NCBI GenBank assembly: GCA_043756865.1 | Contig: JAYUQG010000030.1 | Location: forward strand, 94,703 to 158,702 | Length of the DNA stretch: 64,000 nucleotides | Source of the DNA: a bacterium | GTDB lineage: Bacteria > Patescibacteriota > Minisyncoccia > Phycocordibacterales > UBA6899 | Direction of reading: 5' to 3' | Part shown: positions 25,461-32,763 of the stretch, one piece after another | How positions within the stretch are numbered: position 1 is the first letter of the stretch | Layout of the letters: each line of letters starts with the position of its first letter | Translations under genes and position numbers: made by a program | Notes under the pieces: model-generated | What the model was told of the DNA's origin: nothing | Database searches by the model: none | The model's input: only the letters and a program-made list of their open reading frames with translations

Positions 25461-26141
25461 TTACTTCATACGATAGGCAGTGAGCGCTGTGCCGTCTTTG
25501 AGCACCGCACGCACATACTGCTCTGCTTTCTCTTCTTTAACTAATCGCTCCCAGATACGGCGCATTGAGGAGGTGGGTTTGCCATCGGCGTCTACGCCGT
25601 CATGAACGAGATGCGTATCAGAGTCGAGCGATTGCCCGAAACGCGCTTTGGCGTATGCATCCATTTCGAGCACGCGCCTCGTGCCAAGACCCCGCCGTTG
25701 AAAATTCTTTCCTCCTGACTCTTTGTCGCGCTCGGTATAGGTATCAAACGAACCAACATAGGGAGCAGCGTCATCTGTACCTGCTGTTGCTTTGGGATTA
25801 AAACAGAGCTCTGCATGTCCTGCGGGAGTATCATCGATGTAGTCGACAAAATAGACGGCAGGTGCGACACCCATATTATTTGGCCATTCCTGTTCCCCCT
25901 CTGCAACGTATGTGACGGAACTGTCGGGGTGGTCAATGCGAGCGATATGTGAAAATTGCCCCTGCGCATATTTTTCCGGTGGGGTGTATTGGCTACTTTT
26001 CATTTCGAAATAGTTAACGGCACCCTTTGGGAGGTCTTCATAGGAAATACGCGCAATTGAAGCACCTTCGTATGCGCCCGCAAAGCGATCTTCGGCCGTC
26101 GGTTCCTTATCACTTCTTGCTCCTTCGTTTGTTGTGTTCAT
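25461..26141 (-). CDS. Hypothetical protein, 226 aa, possible GNAT-fold
   Basis: NFQRRGLGTRRVLEMDAYAKARFGQ resembles GNAT motif A (R-x-x-G-x-G/A). It lies 8 nt downstream of the 678-aa gene, so the two are probably co-transcribed. Confidence 0.45.
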   Translation of the reverse strand: MNTTNEGARSDKEPTAEDRFAGAYEGASIARISYEDLPKGAVNYFEMKSSQYTPPEKYAQGQFSHIARIDHPDSSVTYVAEGEQEWPNNMGVAPAVYFVDYIDDTPAGHAELCFNPKATAGTDDAAPYVGSFDTYTERDKESGGKNFQRRGLGTRRVLEMDAYAKARFGQSLDSDTHLVHDGVDADGKPTSSMRRIWERLVKEEKAEQYVRAVLKDGTALTAYRMK

Positions 26142-26149
26142 ATATCTTG

Positions 26150-28186
26150 TTAGTCACGAAATAACGTGTCAGTTGTGGAGGGAATCACAGAACCGTTTAC
26201 TTTCACTTCTTTACCGTTCACGTAGACTCTCACCGTCATCTTCTTGGGACTTGCATAGGTTGCCGAAATATCAACTTTACCCGTATTGGAGTTGCGCCCA
26301 AGCTCGACCTGCGTAATAAACGCATCTTTATCTGGTGCAAGAACTGCAGATGACGTATCTCGGGAAATTTTTTCGGCTATACCCGAGGGTACACCCGTTG
26401 AGCAGGAATTAAAGAGTATGGGGCCGTCGAGTACGAGCGAAGTGCGGTTTGGACCAGCACCAAAAAAACTTTCCTTTATCCTTCCGTCAGGCGCGTTACT
26501 CATTTCAATATTATCGCTTTGACCATGACCTGATACGGAAACAAATTCGGCCTTTTTCCCACCCATGCGGTCGATGTATCGAAGCATGTGTCGCCCGATT
26601 TCGTTTCCGCTCCCCCCTTCGATGACACGAACCGTTGAATTAATTTTTTTTGCTTGATCAAAAAGGGCTCCATAATACCGCGGCTCATCAAAGGCGCCGT
26701 TGTGATCGGTGAGGGGGGCAACTGAAATACCAAATGGTGCAGCATCGCCCTTTTTTATAGATAACTGTTCATGGAGAATTTCGACCGGATATCTTCCGGG
26801 AAAGCGAATACCGTAATTTGCAGTAAGATGAGCGAGACTTCCACGCTCTTTGCTCTCAAGTGCCACGAGGCTCATGGCGTTGTTTCTCAATCGCTTATTG
26901 TAGATTTGCATAGCTTTTTCGCGAAATTGTGGCGTATGGGGCTTGTGCAAAGAATTGAGCGACTCTTTCCAGTAAGGCAAATATGATTCGGCTGGAACAT
27001 TGTACGCACGGAACAACTCCCTTGTGACCATCTCGCCACCACGGTTCATCCCTTCATTTATTGTACTTCTGCGAATGCGCGAGGATGGGCGGTAATCGTC
27101 TGAAAAAAGCCCGTGCACATCATCAAATGAAAGTTCCTTTTTTGCTAACTTCTCCGCCAAAAGCTGAGTGCCCTCTTTGTGGCCCGCTTTCGCAAGAAAG
27201 CCCAAAATTCCTCCTTTTTTGTATGCACGGTACGGTTCTTGCTGTGGGGGTAGTTCGGCATACACCTTGCTGGCGATGGTCGACACCGAACCGATGACGC
27301 GCTCAGAGTCCTGTATTTTATCATCTTCAACCGCGCGAGTGACGTTTGCCACATGGCTACTAAACAATGCTCCGAGTATTTCAACTCCCTGCATGTCTCC
27401 CGTCTCGGCCTTTTGCTTCGCACCATTGATGAGTTCATCCTGAAACGTAAATACTCCGCCAATAGCTGCCTCTCGTGCGCGAGCAATTAAATCTTTTATC
27501 AATAAAGAGGGGTTGGTGCGCCTCGTCAACTTTGATTCATCCATCGGCGTAACCGCTGCAATACCATTGAGCATGCGCATCGCATTGGCGAAGTCGGCAT
27601 CAGACACAGCCTCCGTTCGGAGTGCTTTTGGATATGTCTGTAGCTTTGATTTCAGAAAATTAATGCCCGCACTCACCTCGGCGTAATTCATTTTCCGCAG
27701 CTGGGTGGCGGCAATCTCCAGTTGTGCTATTTTTTCCTGAATATTGGGTTGAGTTGCGCTGTCATATTGTTTCATTTTTGAAATGCTTTCCGCAGCAGAC
27801 AACGCTGCATGGAATGACTCAAGTGTCGCTGTGGCATTTTTAAGGCCCTTCTCCATTTCCCAGTGCTGTTTGAGTGTTGTGCTAAGTGTTGCCTCAGTAG
27901 TGTGTGGGGGTGCCTCCTCGGCATACGCAGGCATCGCACCGCCAAGCGTAGCGGCAAGCACTGTTGCCATAGCTGTTTTATCAAATGCTCGTTCAATTCG
28001 CTTAAATATGCCCTTTTGGGGAGCCCCGTCAGAGGGTCCACTACTTTGGTCTGTTCCTATAGGCAACTCACATGAAACAACCGCCGATTTATCTGCGGTG
28101 TTCGGAATGAAGCGTTCTTCGCCTGCAACGTTTGAAGATAAATCATTTAATGCGTCTTGTGGAAACTCGGGTGAATGTTCGGGCAT
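26150..28186 (-). CDS. Secreted or envelope protein with a C-terminal CHAT/caspase-like motif (tentative). The true start is probably the ATG at 27970, giving 606 aa.
   Basis: Internal MATVLAATLGGAMPAYAEEAPP is signal-peptide-like; its Met corresponds to 27968-27970. At the C-terminus, AEFVSVSGHG is followed 41 residues later by LVLDGPILFNSCSTG. This is the His and Cys spacing and local context of CHAT/peptidase-C14-like domains. Confidence 0.55.
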   Translation of the reverse strand: MPEHSPEFPQDALNDLSSNVAGEERFIPNTADKSAVVSCELPIGTDQSSGPSDGAPQKGIFKRIERAFDKTAMATVLAATLGGAMPAYAEEAPPHTTEATLSTTLKQHWEMEKGLKNATATLESFHAALSAAESISKMKQYDSATQPNIQEKIAQLEIAATQLRKMNYAEVSAGINFLKSKLQTYPKALRTEAVSDADFANAMRMLNGIAAVTPMDESKLTRRTNPSLLIKDLIARAREAAIGGVFTFQDELINGAKQKAETGDMQGVEILGALFSSHVANVTRAVEDDKIQDSERVIGSVSTIASKVYAELPPQQEPYRAYKKGGILGFLAKAGHKEGTQLLAEKLAKKELSFDDVHGLFSDDYRPSSRIRRSTINEGMNRGGEMVTRELFRAYNVPAESYLPYWKESLNSLHKPHTPQFREKAMQIYNKRLRNNAMSLVALESKERGSLAHLTANYGIRFPGRYPVEILHEQLSIKKGDAAPFGISVAPLTDHNGAFDEPRYYGALFDQAKKINSTVRVIEGGSGNEIGRHMLRYIDRMGGKKAEFVSVSGHGQSDNIEMSNAPDGRIKESFFGAGPNRTSLVLDGPILFNSCSTGVPSGIAEKISRDTSSAVLAPDKDAFITQVELGRNSNTGKVDISATYASPKKMTVRVYVNGKEVKVNGSVIPSTTDTLFRD

Positions 28187-28192
28187 GTATGG

Positions 28193-28340
28193 GGCGTTAA
28201 CTATTTGGCGTTGTCGCTCGAGGACTTGCTTTTCCTGCGCTGCGCGCCAATACAGGCGCTTCTCTACTTGGCGTTGCTATCTGGCGTTACCGCTCTCAGA
28301 TTCGCTTTCTCGGGCGCTTCGCGCTTGATGCTGGCGCTGC
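28193..28340 (+). repeat. REP-like repeat, copy f (double unit)
   Basis: ggcgttaactatttggcgttgtcgctcgaggacttgcttttcctgcgctgcgcgccaatacaggcgcttctctacttggcgttgctatctggcgttaccgctctcagattcgctttctcgggcgcttcgcgcttgatgctggcgctgcgcgcgg. It overlaps the 3' end of the trmD ORF. Confidence 0.7.
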
Positions 28341-28998
28341 GCGCGGTTTCAGTGCGGGCAAACTGCGTTGCTTTCCATTCTTCGATGAGTTTGTGATTTC
28401 CCCCGAGGAGAACCTTTGGGACTTTGTACTTTCGTTTCTTCCATACTAAAACTTCGGGGCGGGTGTAGACATCGGGGCTGGCGGTGCGCTCTTCTTCAAC
28501 GGAGTCGAAGGAACCGAGTATGCCGGGGATTTGGCGTGCCACTGCATCAATCGCAATCATGGCGGGTATCTCTCCCCCCGTAAGTACAAAAGGGCCTACG
28601 GATATGCTTTGTGCGCGCAAAATCTTGGGTGCACGCGCATCAATACCTTCGTAGCGCCCCGCAAGGAAAATAATATCGTCGTATTTCTTCGCCCAGTCAC
28701 GTGCCATCGCATTAGTAAACTGCTTTCCACCGGGAGCGAAAAAAATGGTTTTTATGCGCTTTGTTTTCTTGCCCTTCGCTTTCATCGCTGCCTTTAAGTA
28801 GGGCTCGGCTTCGAGTACCATTCCCGGACCACCTCCATAGGGACGGCGGTCGACACGTGCATGTTTGTCCTTAGTGAAATCACGCGGGTTATAGTATTTA
28901 ATAACAATCTTTTTGTCCTCCTGTGCGCGGCCCAAAATAGAGTCGTCCAAATAGGCGCGCATGGTGTCGGGAAACAAGCTGATGATATGAAACTTCAT
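28264..28998 (-). CDS. trmD: tRNA (guanine37-N1)-methyltransferase TrmD
   Basis: ORF-track frame 28264..29058, trimmed to the ATG at 28996-28998 (MKFHIISLFPDTM...). GGGAGAG lies 4 nt upstream. The last roughly 25 codons are encoded by REP copy f, so the C-terminus is uncertain. Confidence 0.85.
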   Translation of the reverse strand: MKFHIISLFPDTMRAYLDDSILGRAQEDKKIVIKYYNPRDFTKDKHARVDRRPYGGGPGMVLEAEPYLKAAMKAKGKKTKRIKTIFFAPGGKQFTNAMARDWAKKYDDIIFLAGRYEGIDARAPKILRAQSISVGPFVLTGGEIPAMIAIDAVARQIPGILGSFDSVEEERTASPDVYTRPEVLVWKKRKYKVPKVLLGGNHKLIEEWKATQFARTETARSASIKREAPEKANLRAVTPDSNAK

Positions 28999-29054
28999 TG
29001 CTCTCCCAGCATAACGAATTTCTGGTAAAACAAAAGACCGCGCGTATTTGGCGG

Positions 29055-29333
29055 TCACGGTTGTTCCGTTTCGTGGGACTTCAAGAATTGCTCAAACTCG
29101 TCGAGGACCTGGGTATGTCGGTGGCGTTGAATTTCTGCAACAACACGCATGAAGTCACAACGTTCTTCTTCCATAAGCTGCAGGAGATTGATACTTCCGA
29201 ACGATCCCATCACTTTTGATTCATACTGTATACGTTTGAGAATTTCGATTGCTTTCCCATTCAGCACAGCGTCACACTCGCCATCGGCAAGCAGGCGCTC
29301 GAGTTCCTCGATATCCGGCGGACGGTTGTACAT
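29055..29333 (-). CDS. Small helical hypothetical protein, tandem paralogue 1 (93 aa)
   Basis: Begins MYNRPPDIEELERLL...AIEILKRI and ends DFMRVVAEIQRHRHTQVLDEFEQFL. GGGAGG lies 4 nt upstream of the ATG at 29331-29333. Homologous to the genes at 29424..29711 and 29925..30185. Confidence 0.55.
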   Translation of the reverse strand: MYNRPPDIEELERLLADGECDAVLNGKAIEILKRIQYESKVMGSFGSINLLQLMEEERCDFMRVVAEIQRHRHTQVLDEFEQFLKSHETEQP

Positions 29334-29423
29334 ATGACCTCCCAAATGCCTCTTGTGTTATGTTATCAGCTTTGGCGTCGGCGTAAATAAAACACCATAC
29401 GGAGATGGTGTTTTGTGCCTGAG

Positions 29424-29711
29424 TCAAGACTTTCGTGCACGCTTTCTTTTGCGATTAAGGGCGTGAGTAAGAAAACGCTCAAGTACTCCATCGCGACGCC
29501 TGCGTTGAATGTCGGCAATAACACGCTCGAAATCATTAAGTTCTGCTTCAAGCTCGGTAGAGCGTGTGATGTTTGCACGGCCTCGGGCCTGCTTGAGTTC
29601 TTCTTCGAGACGCTCGGAAATTTCAATCGCACGTGAGTTCAACAGGTCTTCATCTTCCGCACGTTCCAGAAGGTCCGCGAGGTCGGCAATATCGGGGGCA
29701 CGAACCGGCAT
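29424..29711 (-). CDS. Small helical hypothetical protein, tandem paralogue 2 (95 aa)
   Basis: Begins MPVRAPDIADLADLL...AIEISERL and ends DFERVIADIQRRRRDGVLERF. AAGGAGG lies 5 nt upstream. Confidence 0.55.
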   Translation of the reverse strand: MPVRAPDIADLADLLERAEDEDLLNSRAIEISERLEEELKQARGRANITRSTELEAELNDFERVIADIQRRRRDGVLERFLTHALNRKRKRARKS

Positions 29712-29924
29712 AGTCTCCTCCTTAGGAACCGTTCTTTAACCATACTAGCAATATGAAGTGCGAAGTAAAGTGTCTCAACAAGCAAAAGGGCATCCAACCC
29801 TTTTTTTGTCGACACTCGGTCGAAAAGCAAATAATTACATTTGCTCACCTCCCCGTAGGGCGAAGTATGGAATACCCAATATGACGGCAAAAAAATAACC
29901 TGCACAATTAGCGCAGGTGTGACG

Positions 29925-30185
29925 TTAGCCTGATACAATGTATTTTTCATACTCGTCAAGGACACCATCGCGACGGCGGAGTCTGATCTTCTCGAGCACA
30001 CGACGCAAATCTTCCATCGTTTTGTCGACGTCAATCGTATTGATATTTCCAAAGTATCGCCGGATTGTTTTGGTGGTCTTTAGCCGTGCATATATCTCGA
30101 TGGCCTTCTTGTTTAACGCATCATCGTGCTCGGCGTCGTTGAGCATTCGCTCGAGCTCTTCGATATCCGGTGGGCGATTGTACAT
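29925..30185 (-). CDS. Small helical hypothetical protein, tandem paralogue 3 (86 aa)
   Basis: Begins MYNRPPDIEELERML...AIEIYARL and ends DLRRVLEKIRLRRRDGVLDEYEKYI. GGAGG lies upstream of the ATG at 30183-30185. Confidence 0.55.
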   Translation of the reverse strand: MYNRPPDIEELERMLNDAEHDDALNKKAIEIYARLKTTKTIRRYFGNINTIDVDKTMEDLRRVLEKIRLRRRDGVLDEYEKYIVSG

Positions 30186-30322
30186 GGTACACACCTCCAT
30201 TAATACTCCCGCAGTTCTTCCTCAAATACTAACAACTCTTTACAAAAAGAAAAGCGGTTGACATGTCACCCTTTGCGAGATAGAACGTGGAAAGCAACAG
30301 TTCACTCACACAAGGAGACGCC

Positions 30323-30661
30323 GTGGCGACATACATCGCACCCGAGGAACTGAAGGTTGGAATCCTGAATGCGCTTCAACTCGCGGGATACACCACCCTC
30401 GAGCACATCATCACCTTTGATGATGCGTGGAAAATCGTACATGAAGCGTGCTATGACAAGTGCCTCGAGCAGCCTGCAGTCAAACTGGCTGGGTTCTATC
30501 TCGAATACGTGTACTCCGCGTGGTTCGGAGAGGTGCTCCACTGTCATGGGCCGTTCACGGGAGCGGACAAGCCTGACCCCGGAAGCTCTAGCTTCTTGTT
30601 TCACAAAGGCATGCGGGACCCTTGGATATACGTCGAATTTGCCCTGCCACTGCAGGCGTGA
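30323..30661 (+). CDS. Hypothetical protein, 112 aa, antisense to the minus-strand operon
   Basis: GTG start with AAGGAG 5 nt upstream. Followed by two terminators. The alternative minus-strand ORF 30302..30718 has a poor composition. Confidence 0.4.
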   Translation: MATYIAPEELKVGILNALQLAGYTTLEHIITFDDAWKIVHEACYDKCLEQPAVKLAGFYLEYVYSAWFGEVLHCHGPFTGADKPDPGSSSFLFHKGMRDPWIYVEFALPLQA

Positions 30662-30664
30662 CAT

Positions 30665-30686
30665 GCCGCCTTCGGGCGGTTTTTTG
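30665..30686 (+). terminator. Rho-independent terminator
   Basis: CCGCC (30666-30670), loop TTCG, GGCGG (30675-30679), then TTTTTTGTT. Confidence 0.65.
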
Positions 30687-30705
30687 TTACCAACGTTTTT
30701 TTCAT

Positions 30706-30745
30706 GTACAAAAACCACTCACAATATGCGAGTGGTTTTTGTTAC
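30706..30745. terminator. Bidirectional terminator hairpin
   Basis: AAAACCACTC (30711-30720), loop acaatatgc, GAGTGGTTTT (30730-30739). It is flanked by A-runs and T-runs on both sides. Confidence 0.6.
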
Positions 30746-30881
30746 AATTTCTTTTTTAAAAAGTTTCGGTTTGGTGTGAGATGCAAAGGTTTGGACTGAG
30801 CCAGTATTTGGGAAGCTGTAGGAGTGCTACTCCTTCCATGTCTGCCAAAGGAAAACCGAGCGGGTCACCCAAATTGGAACT

Positions 30882-31217
30882 TTATGCCTTGAGGTCGGCG
30901 ATGACGTCATCCACTTCTGAATGAACTGATGAAGGTCCACTCACAGCTGGCGCACGCTTGCCACCTTCTGGCTCGTTGATTTTCAGATTCACGCGAGCAT
31001 TGTTCTTCATGCCCACAACGCGAAGCAAGGTACGAATCGCCTTGGCAGTATTGCCCATGCGACCGATGACCTTTCCCATGTCCTCCGGGTCGATATCTAA
31101 CGTCAGTAATACACCCATCTCATCCACAACACGAGAAACCTGCACGGCTTCCGGTTTGTCTACAAGAGACTTCACGAGAAACTCGAGAAACTCCTTGTCG
31201 CTGTATGTTTCAGCCAT
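30882..31217 (-). CDS. KH-domain RNA-binding protein, KhpA/YlqC-like
   Basis: 111 aa. VQVSRVVDEMGVLLTLDIDPEDMGKVIGRMGNTAKAIRTLLRVVG contains the GxxG KH signature. Lies downstream of rpsP, as in rpsP-KH-(rimM)-trmD operons. Confidence 0.75.
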   Translation of the reverse strand: MAETYSDKEFLEFLVKSLVDKPEAVQVSRVVDEMGVLLTLDIDPEDMGKVIGRMGNTAKAIRTLLRVVGMKNNARVNLKINEPEGGKRAPAVSGPSSVHSEVDDVIADLKA

Positions 31218-31282
31218 TGTCGTTTAGCTATCCTATAACTTCTAGCATGATGTGACGGACAAGCCACACCATGTGTACTCAG

Positions 31283-31309
31283 AGTATATGCGAAAAAAAC
31301 TTTCGTCAA
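31283..31309 (-). promoter_or_regulatory. Candidate promoter for the KH-protein gene (TTGACG-N15-TATACT)
   Basis: Reverse complement of 31304-31309 is TTGACG and of 31283-31288 is TATACT. The 15-nt spacer is suboptimal. Confidence 0.3.
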
Positions 31310-31330
31310 TTCCATAACTGAGTATGTGTA

Positions 31331-31358
31331 ATAAAAAAAACGACCGTTCTGGTTGTTG
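31331..31358 (-). terminator. Rho-independent terminator (minus strand)
   Basis: Read on the minus strand: AACAACC-agaac-GGTCGTT followed by TTTTTTTTATT. The plus-strand form is AAAAAAAACGACC-gttct-GGTTGTT. Confidence 0.7.
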
Positions 31359-31545
31359 TTAATTCAACTGCTGTCGGCAATGATGTAGACCATCCTGTAA
31401 CGTCCCGCATTTGAGCCGTCTTCGTATGTTTCTGTGTTCATGTGGAATCGCGATCCCGCGTTCATGACCTCAGGCATGATCTTTCTATCGCGAGACACTG
31501 TCCCAAGTGAACTTACGTACTCATGCTGGTCAATTTGTGGGCGCA

Positions 31546-31580
31546 GACAAAAACAACGACGAGCGTCGTTGTTTTGTGTT
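31546..31580. terminator. Terminator hairpin just 3' of rpsP (runs on both strands)
   Basis: ACAACGACG (31553-31561), loop agc, CGTCGTTGT (31565-31573). It is flanked by CAAAAA on one side and TTTTGTGTTTG on the other. Confidence 0.7.
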
Positions 31581-31584
31581 TGTA

Positions 31585-31998
31585 TTAGTCGGGTTGAGCG
31601 GCGAGTACAACTGATTCCTTTTCCTCGGCGGGTGCTTCGGGAGGTGCTTCGGCAGGAACCTCGGCTGCAGGTGCTGCGGGAGCAACTTTCTTTGGCTCCT
31701 CCTTTGCAACTTCCTTCACCACTTTGGTCTTCTTGTTCATCGCGTTTACTTTCTTGCCTGTGATGATTTTCGCATCGACGAGGAGATTGTGTACCGTGTC
31801 GGAAGGCTGTGCGCCCTGACTCATCCAGTACTTTACGCGCTCACCATTAATCTGAGGCTTGCCCTTGCGTGCGTCATAAGAACCGACATATTCGGCAACG
31901 CCACGAGTCTTCTTTGGAGAACGGCGATGATCCTGCACAATGATGCGGAATGATGGGTCGTTCGTGCGTCCAACGCGCTTTAGTCGTATTGCTAACAT
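31585..31998 (-). CDS. rpsP: 30S ribosomal protein S16, with a Lys/Ala/Pro/Glu-rich C-terminal tail
   Basis: ORF-track frame 31585..32034, trimmed to the ATG at 31996-31998 (MLAIRLKRVGRTNDPSFRIIVQDHRRSPK...). Classic S16 N-terminus. Confidence 0.85.
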   Translation of the reverse strand: MLAIRLKRVGRTNDPSFRIIVQDHRRSPKKTRGVAEYVGSYDARKGKPQINGERVKYWMSQGAQPSDTVHNLLVDAKIITGKKVNAMNKKTKVVKEVAKEEPKKVAPAAPAAEVPAEAPPEAPAEEKESVVLAAQPD

Positions 31999-32056
31999 GG
32001 GAGAGATACTAACAGAGGGGGCTTCATTGGTCAATAAATACAGGGTAAAATGACTA

Positions 32057-32085
32057 TTGACTAGTTACAATAAAAGTGATATAAT
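32057..32085 (+). promoter_or_regulatory. Consensus sigma-70 promoter P1 (TTGACT-N17-TATAAT), divergent from and overlapping the predicted rpsP promoter
   Basis: TTGACT at 32057-32062 and TATAAT at 32080-32085. On the minus strand, TTGATG-N18-TATATT (reverse complement of 32078-32107) is a candidate rpsP promoter. Confidence 0.6.
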
Positions 32086-32129
32086 ATAGCAATCACAACC
32101 GTTCCCCATCAAACGAAAGGCTCTTCAAA

Positions 32130-32285
32130 ATGGAAACAGTCGCCGCAACGAGTGCAGCACGTCCCAAAGCACTTCCAGTACGCAGGTACATGCCCAAGAT
32201 GACTCGGCGTGAGTTCCTGCGCTGGTGTCGGGATAACCCCAAGCAACTTGCACGTGAACTGGTACGAGTCACCACGGGGTTTTGA
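32130..32285 (+). CDS. Small ORF, 51 aa, in a transcript of about 240 nt defined by P1 and the terminator at 32300-32335; may equally be a non-coding RNA
   Basis: Translation METVAATSAARPKALPVRRYMPKMTRREFLRWCRDNPKQLARELVRVTTGF. GAAAGG lies 9 nt upstream. It is below the ORF-track length cut-off. The antisense 70-aa ORF 32093..32305 lacks promoter or terminator support. Confidence 0.3.
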   Translation: METVAATSAARPKALPVRRYMPKMTRREFLRWCRDNPKQLARELVRVTTGF

Positions 32286-32299
32286 GGTCCGCAGAACGA

Positions 32300-32335
32300 A
32301 AACATCAGCAGCGAAAGCTGCTGATTATTTTTATT
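32300..32335 (+). terminator. Rho-independent terminator
   Basis: ATCAGCAGC (32304-32312), loop GAAA, GCTGCTGAT (32317-32325), then TATTTTTATT. Confidence 0.8.
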
Positions 32336-32362
32336 GACATTTTATTCAATTGATGATATAAT
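32334..32362 (+). promoter_or_regulatory. Consensus sigma-70 promoter P2 (TTGACA-N17-TATAAT)
   Basis: TTGACA at 32334-32339 and TATAAT at 32357-32362. RBS GGAGG at 32390-32394, 5 nt before the ATG at 32400. Confidence 0.65.
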
Positions 32363-32399
32363 CATAATGTTCAGTTAATTCAGCCAAACGGAGGCATCC

Positions 32400-32651
32400 A
32401 TGGCAGTCCATTTTGTGTACAAATGCCGCGCCTGCGGTGCGCACTTCAGCAAAGGTCACTTGCCCACCTTCGAAGAGGCAGACAGAGTATTCGGTGACAT
32501 CCGCAGACTGAGCACTAACGGCGGTGCGTGCGCGGCGAACAATCTTCGCATGCTCGGTGGTCACCACGATTGCAAGGTGCTCAAAAAAGGTCTGGCCGAC
32601 CTCGTCGGCATCGGCGACGATCCACATGACATGGTTACGCGTCCACGTTGA
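32400..32651 (+). CDS. Small Cys-containing (zinc-ribbon-like) protein, 83 aa
   Basis: Translation MAVHFVYKCRACGAHFSKGH...GGACAANN...HHDCKV has a CxxC pair plus further Cys and His residues. Has its own consensus promoter, RBS and terminator. Confidence 0.55.
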   Translation: MAVHFVYKCRACGAHFSKGHLPTFEEADRVFGDIRRLSTNGGACAANNLRMLGGHHDCKVLKKGLADLVGIGDDPHDMVTRPR

Positions 32652-32671
32652 CGCTCAGAGGACCAACTTCG

Positions 32672-32698
32672 GCAGCCCATACGGGCTGCTATTTTTTT
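32672..32698 (+). terminator. Rho-independent terminator
   Basis: GCAGCCC (32672-32678), loop ATAC, GGGCTGC (32683-32689), then TATTTTTTT. Confidence 0.8.
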
Positions 32699-32763
32699 GA
32701 CATATAATATTTGCGTGATATGGTGCAATCAGTTTAGGCCTTTTTCACATCACAGGAGTACAC

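Noticed and set aside
28998-29058. GTG start at 29058 for trmD, overlapping the stop of paralogue 1 as GTGA
   Set aside because: The TrmD N-terminus is conserved and begins at MKFHIISLFP (ATG at 28998, with GGGAGAG upstream). The 20-codon extension has no homology.
30302-30718. 138-aa minus-strand ORF inside the rpsP-trmD operon
   Set aside because: Poor amino-acid composition and no RBS. The plus-strand ORF 30323..30661 has AAGGAG-N5-GTG and two downstream terminators. Both calls are low-confidence.
32093-32305. 70-aa minus-strand ORF
   Set aside because: No promoter or RBS supports it. The plus strand carries a consensus promoter and a terminator bracketing the same interval.
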